64,000 nucleotides of DNA from Candidatus Babeliales bacterium (GTDB lineage: Bacteria; Babelota; Babeliae; Babelales; Vermiphilaceae). The translations under genes were made by a program, and so were the position numbers. Shown piece after piece: positions 60,039-64,000 of the stretch (the first letter of the stretch is position 1; each line of letters starts with the position of its first letter). The DNA lies in contig CAVUQO010000002.1 of NCBI GenBank assembly GCA_963743635.1, forward strand, positions 160,001-224,000, read 5' to 3'. The notes under the pieces were generated by a model. That model saw only the letters and a list, made by a program, of their open reading frames with translations. It did not search any database and was not told where the DNA came from.

Positions 60039-60056
60039 GGCGATAAAGAGCGTGGG

Positions 60057-61559
60057 TTAAAACGCAGAACCGAATTTGAGCCATGCGCCCCATAATTTGA
60101 GGCAGCTATTTTTTTGTGGAATATCGTAGAAGAAGCCGGTGCCGATAAAGCCTTCCATTTTCTTCTCTTTGCCGCTATGCCAGCCTAAAAAGCCGTGAAA
60201 CTTATAGTTCAATGAACTTTGCGCGGCACCAGAATTGAGATTAAGATCGCATTCGCGAATGGGTATAAACACATTTTGACGAACGCCATTAATGCAAGCC
60301 ATATCGTTTGGTGCTTGGCATTTAATCGTGCTCAGGCTCGCCGTAGCCGGTTGCAAGCAGGTTGTTATGCATTCGTCATACCCGCTATTTACTCCTGCAA
60401 TACCAAATTTTCCTTCAGGAAAGTGTTTCGCGCATAAGATCCGTTCAGTCCCGCGGCCCCAAATATTAAAACCGAGTTCGAAATCAAGCGATTCAGTTTT
60501 TGCGCGCAGACCCGTTGAGAAATCAACGGTGTTATAGGGCCGCACCAGTACTTCTTGTGTCAGCACGTTTGCGGCAGGAATCGTGTATCCCGGGGGGAAG
60601 TCTCGTTGTACTAAACGCATATAACGGCTCCAGGGTTTTCCGCGTAAATCGAAGGTGCGGTGTTCATGATCACGGATGTAAAAAGTTCCTTCAAGATTGA
60701 TAAACATGCAGAGAATATGACGGTCGGTATCGCGCGTGAGTTGAAATTGAAAATTGACGCCGGTACCAAATCCGGCATGTCCATTATTGCCGACGTAGGG
60801 ATCGAATAAATATGCGGCGTTTTGTTTTTGTCCGGTTGGGAGAGACATTTTTGAGTAATAGACCACGAGTGCATTGTTATGACACAAATAGGTCCGACCA
60901 AATTTGAAGTTAAGTTCAGCAACTTCAACGTTCGTGCGTTTACCCGTAATTTTTGCATATCTCATATCTGGCTGATCGAATGCATCGACGATGCTGTAGG
61001 GAGGCTTTGTGCCTTGATTGAATACGAATTTTTGTCCGAGTTGCATATTGTTTTCTATTGCGTAGAGTGGCGCGGCAACACTAACCCAGGTGCCTTCAAA
61101 AAAACTCAATTTTGTCCATTTACCAATGTCTTGATATGCCTCAAGCCAAATTCCCCCTTGTTGTTGGCGCGGATTAATCAAGAGTACACCGCGATAATCG
61201 GATGGTAGTTGCAGCCATTCTGCCCGTACATCGCGATTCTCGACTAGAAAGCAGGGATTACAATCGCCCGCTACGAGTAATTCATCTTTTCCATGAAAAA
61301 GAAAGTAACGTTTTGTTTTATTTTCATCGATTGATTGTATGTAGACGGGAGTTGCATTCCATGCAGTACGTAATATGCCCTCTTTATTATGAATGATGGT
61401 GTACCATAAGGCTTGCTCTATCGATAAGTGTTGATTGGGTGGGCGTGTGAACATAAATGACTGCGCAAAATGTTCATTGCTACGATTTTCATCATCATCA
61501 TCAGACATAAGCCAGGACGTTGAAAGCATGCATATCACAAGCAGTAGATATCGTTTCAT
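60057..61559 (-). CDS. Secreted probable outer-membrane beta-barrel protein
   Basis: Signal peptide, VGNNGHAGFG, C-terminal WGAWLKFGSAF. Confidence 0.7.
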   Translation of the reverse strand: MKRYLLLVICMLSTSWLMSDDDDENRSNEHFAQSFMFTRPPNQHLSIEQALWYTIIHNKEGILRTAWNATPVYIQSIDENKTKRYFLFHGKDELLVAGDCNPCFLVENRDVRAEWLQLPSDYRGVLLINPRQQQGGIWLEAYQDIGKWTKLSFFEGTWVSVAAPLYAIENNMQLGQKFVFNQGTKPPYSIVDAFDQPDMRYAKITGKRTNVEVAELNFKFGRTYLCHNNALVVYYSKMSLPTGQKQNAAYLFDPYVGNNGHAGFGTGVNFQFQLTRDTDRHILCMFINLEGTFYIRDHEHRTFDLRGKPWSRYMRLVQRDFPPGYTIPAANVLTQEVLVRPYNTVDFSTGLRAKTESLDFELGFNIWGRGTERILCAKHFPEGKFGIAGVNSGYDECITTCLQPATASLSTIKCQAPNDMACINGVRQNVFIPIRECDLNLNSGAAQSSLNYKFHGFLGWHSGKEKKMEGFIGTGFFYDIPQKNSCLKLWGAWLKFGSAF

Positions 61560-61683
61560 TCGTCTTTCCTTTTTTGGATCAGAGTAACGTACGTTTTCTA
61601 GCTTAGGACAGCTTCCTCATAAAAACAAGCGATTTTCACAGAGATAATAGGCTGAAGTGCTTAAAAAATCGGGATTATCTTTC

Positions 61684-62619
61684 TCATTTACTGGAATGAG
61701 TATACATTTTCAGTGCGTCTTTCACCGAACTATTATCATACACTAATGCCGCTAATGCCTGCACAAATGCGCATGCATCTTTGCGTGAGCGTTGGAAGAT
61801 ATTGCGTCCAGTTGCGCAGCCGCTGGTGTTAGCGATATGCAGTTGATCATGCAGATCAGATAAGAATGCTGCAACATCAATTTTTTCACCACCAGAACAG
61901 ATTACTTTCGTGTTGCCTGCGGCGATAACGGCACGCTTGAGCTGTTCTGCTTGGTATTTTTTTTCGTCGATTCAGGCGGTTTTATTTTTACAAAATCAGC
62001 GCCAAGTGATGTGGCAACGCCAGTAGCTCCGGCAAGTAATACTGGATCAGTATCATTTTTGATTGCTTTACCGCGTAGATAAATCCAGATGATCGCAACG
62101 AGACCATGTTCGTGCGCTTGGCGAATAATTTGTGCTGCTTGCGTGAGCATGATGTGTTCATATTCGCTGCCCAAGATAGATCGTGTAGCCAACGCCGCAG
62201 ATGTGCAAGTTTACTAGTTCTTTTTCAGTTCGATAACATCCTGTACTGACCATAATTGATTGCTTAATGGCTCCTGCTGTGTCGGTAGGCACGAGATTTG
62301 TTTTTCCATTTAATTTTACGATGTAGTTGATGCTTGGATATGCAGCAGCCGTAGCGTGCAATAAGCCCAAAATGTGCTGCCAATGCGCCAATGGGTGCGC
62401 TCGATGCGATCTGAAATATATGTTCTGGTTCGCGTGCATCAGCGATGAATATTTGAGTCCTTCAAAATCAAGATCGAGATGTTCAATTTTTTGATCACAT
62501 GCAAATAAAAGTAGGCGATCGGTGGAGTGGGTAATTGCATTATAGTTGTGAATAAAGGTTTTACGCGCACGAGAAGGGACATCGGCGGGTACGATTATAT
62601 TATTTTTTTTAGCTGCCAT
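61684..62619 (-). CDS. fbaB: Class I (DhnA-type) fructose-bisphosphate aldolase, several frameshifts
   Basis: LFACDQKIEH, KLNGKTNL, GVGYTIYLG, LGADFVKIKPP, ATGRNIFQR spread over different frames. Confidence 0.82.
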
Positions 62620-62628
62620 AGAGATCCT

Positions 62629-64000
62629 TTACGTGATAATAGCATCATGAATTAAAACTTTTTGTGCAACTCGTTCAAATAAGGGTGCGGTAACCATAGA
62701 AGCAAATAGATTAGGTTTTGATGCTTCTTTTATGAACGTGACCACGACTCGTTTATAGCCATCTTTTTCTATAATACCGGCGCAAGTAAAGATATTTTTA
62801 TTGGGCTCATATTGCCCTATCAACTAACATGTTTGCCGTACCCGTTTTACTCATGATGCGGTAACCCTTCATGGCGGCGCGTTTCATACTCCCCTTTAAG
62901 GTTGTTTGCTCAAGAATATATTTAATATCATTGATTGCTTCGGGACTGAATACTGCATCGGCTGCCGGTTTATGTTCCGGAGTTTTGAGTAATAAAGTTG
63001 GTTTGATTGGATGGCCATCATTGGCAATGAGTGAAAACGCGCAGGCGAGTTGTAGTAATGTTGCGGTGATTTCATAGCCATATGAAAGAGAGATAATCGA
63101 TTGTTTTGACCATTTTTGTGGCGGATTTACAAATCCTTTTTGTTCACCCGCAAATTCTATGTTTGTTTTTTTACCAAAGCCGATTCGTTTATAATGATCA
63201 TATAATTTTTCGCCAACTCGTTTGGTAACAATTGCGGTACCAATGTTATTGGAGAATGCGATAACTTCCGCAAATGATATAACGCCATCTTTAAATGGTG
63301 TATTTATTTTGCGCCCATCGATGTAGGTTGTATTGGTGTTTTGGCAATCGATTTGTTCGTCAAGTGTTACCACTTTTTCTTCGAGCGCCGCGAGTGATGC
63401 AAATACTTTGATCACCGATCCCAACTCATAGGCTTCGGTAATGCATTTACTTTTCATAGTTTCAAGATTGATGTGATCGCGATCATTCGGATCAAAGGTT
63501 GGAAGGGTCGCCATCGCCAGGATTTCTCCATTGGATGGATTCATAACAAGCACCGATCCTTCACGTGCATTGTACGCATCAATCGTTTTTTGGAGCTCTT
63601 CTTGTACTAAGAATTGTAAATCACTATCGATTGAAAGGTAGACTGGTTCCCCTGAAGTGCCTTGTACGGTTGTTTCTTTTTTGAAATAAAAACGTCCGGA
63701 ACGGGCATCTTTTTCAAGCGTAACCGTACTCGGCGTTCCCGCGAGTTGCTTATTAAAGTAGAGCTCAGTGCCGACCAAGCCCTGGTTATCAATATCCGTA
63801 ATGCCGATAATTTGAGCCGCAGCTTCCAGCGGATAAAAGCGATTTGGTTCATTAAGGAGCTGAATATCACTCAAGTTGCTTTTCGTAATGAGTTTGATCT
63901 GTTCATCGGAAAGCTTGCGCTTTATATACATGAATTTATGGTCACGATTTTGTTTAAGACGAGCAACGCTTTCAGGGAAATGTTTCTTTAAGAATGCAAT
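62629..64000 (-). CDS. ftsI: Class B PBP (FtsI-like), 5' end outside the window, frameshift near 62815
   Basis: RFYP, GEILAMA, ELGSVIK, SNNIG, SYGY, KTGTA. Confidence 0.88.

Noticed and set aside
61684..62823. Genuine decay of aldolase and ftsI
   Set aside because: Indels are clustered while motifs stay conserved, typical of a low-quality consensus patch.

Overview
64 kb of bacterial chromosome. The many paralogous secreted proteins, Skp1/WD40 and DUF2608 proteins and C-terminal-Phe barrels suggest an intracellular protist parasite such as Ca. Dependentiae/TM6 (inference). (1) 2332-20142 is a ~17.8 kb integrative element at the 3' end of tRNA-Arg(UCU). It carries SpoVG-like, primase-helicase, Zn/Toprim primase and RHH genes, a mirror-symmetric GTCC/GGAC repeat array (candidate origin), hydrolase/kinase cargo and a large serine recombinase. 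The att core lies inside the recombinase gene, so integration or excision would swap its C-terminus; the excised form ends in -LMSAA. (2) 20-31 kb encodes surface/secreted proteins and includes a 1.5 kb tandem duplication and a REP-like inverted repeat. (3) 31-38 kb holds ung and a Ku/LigD/MUG/DipZ/VKOR cluster. (4) 38.8-46.1 kb is a signal-peptide-bearing triple-AAA ATPase heading an array of seven modular secreted proteins (Gln-rich leader, His/Cys cluster, helical repeats), followed by a strongly self-complementary intergenic region. (5) The remainder has Ala/Thr-rich secreted paralogs, rpe, groES/groEL, a Skp1/F-box-like/WD40 protein, two Cys-rich microproteins, class I aldolase and ftsI. 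Frameshifts in groEL, ftsI and aldolase are probably sequencing or assembly errors. All calls come from motif reading; no database searches were run.
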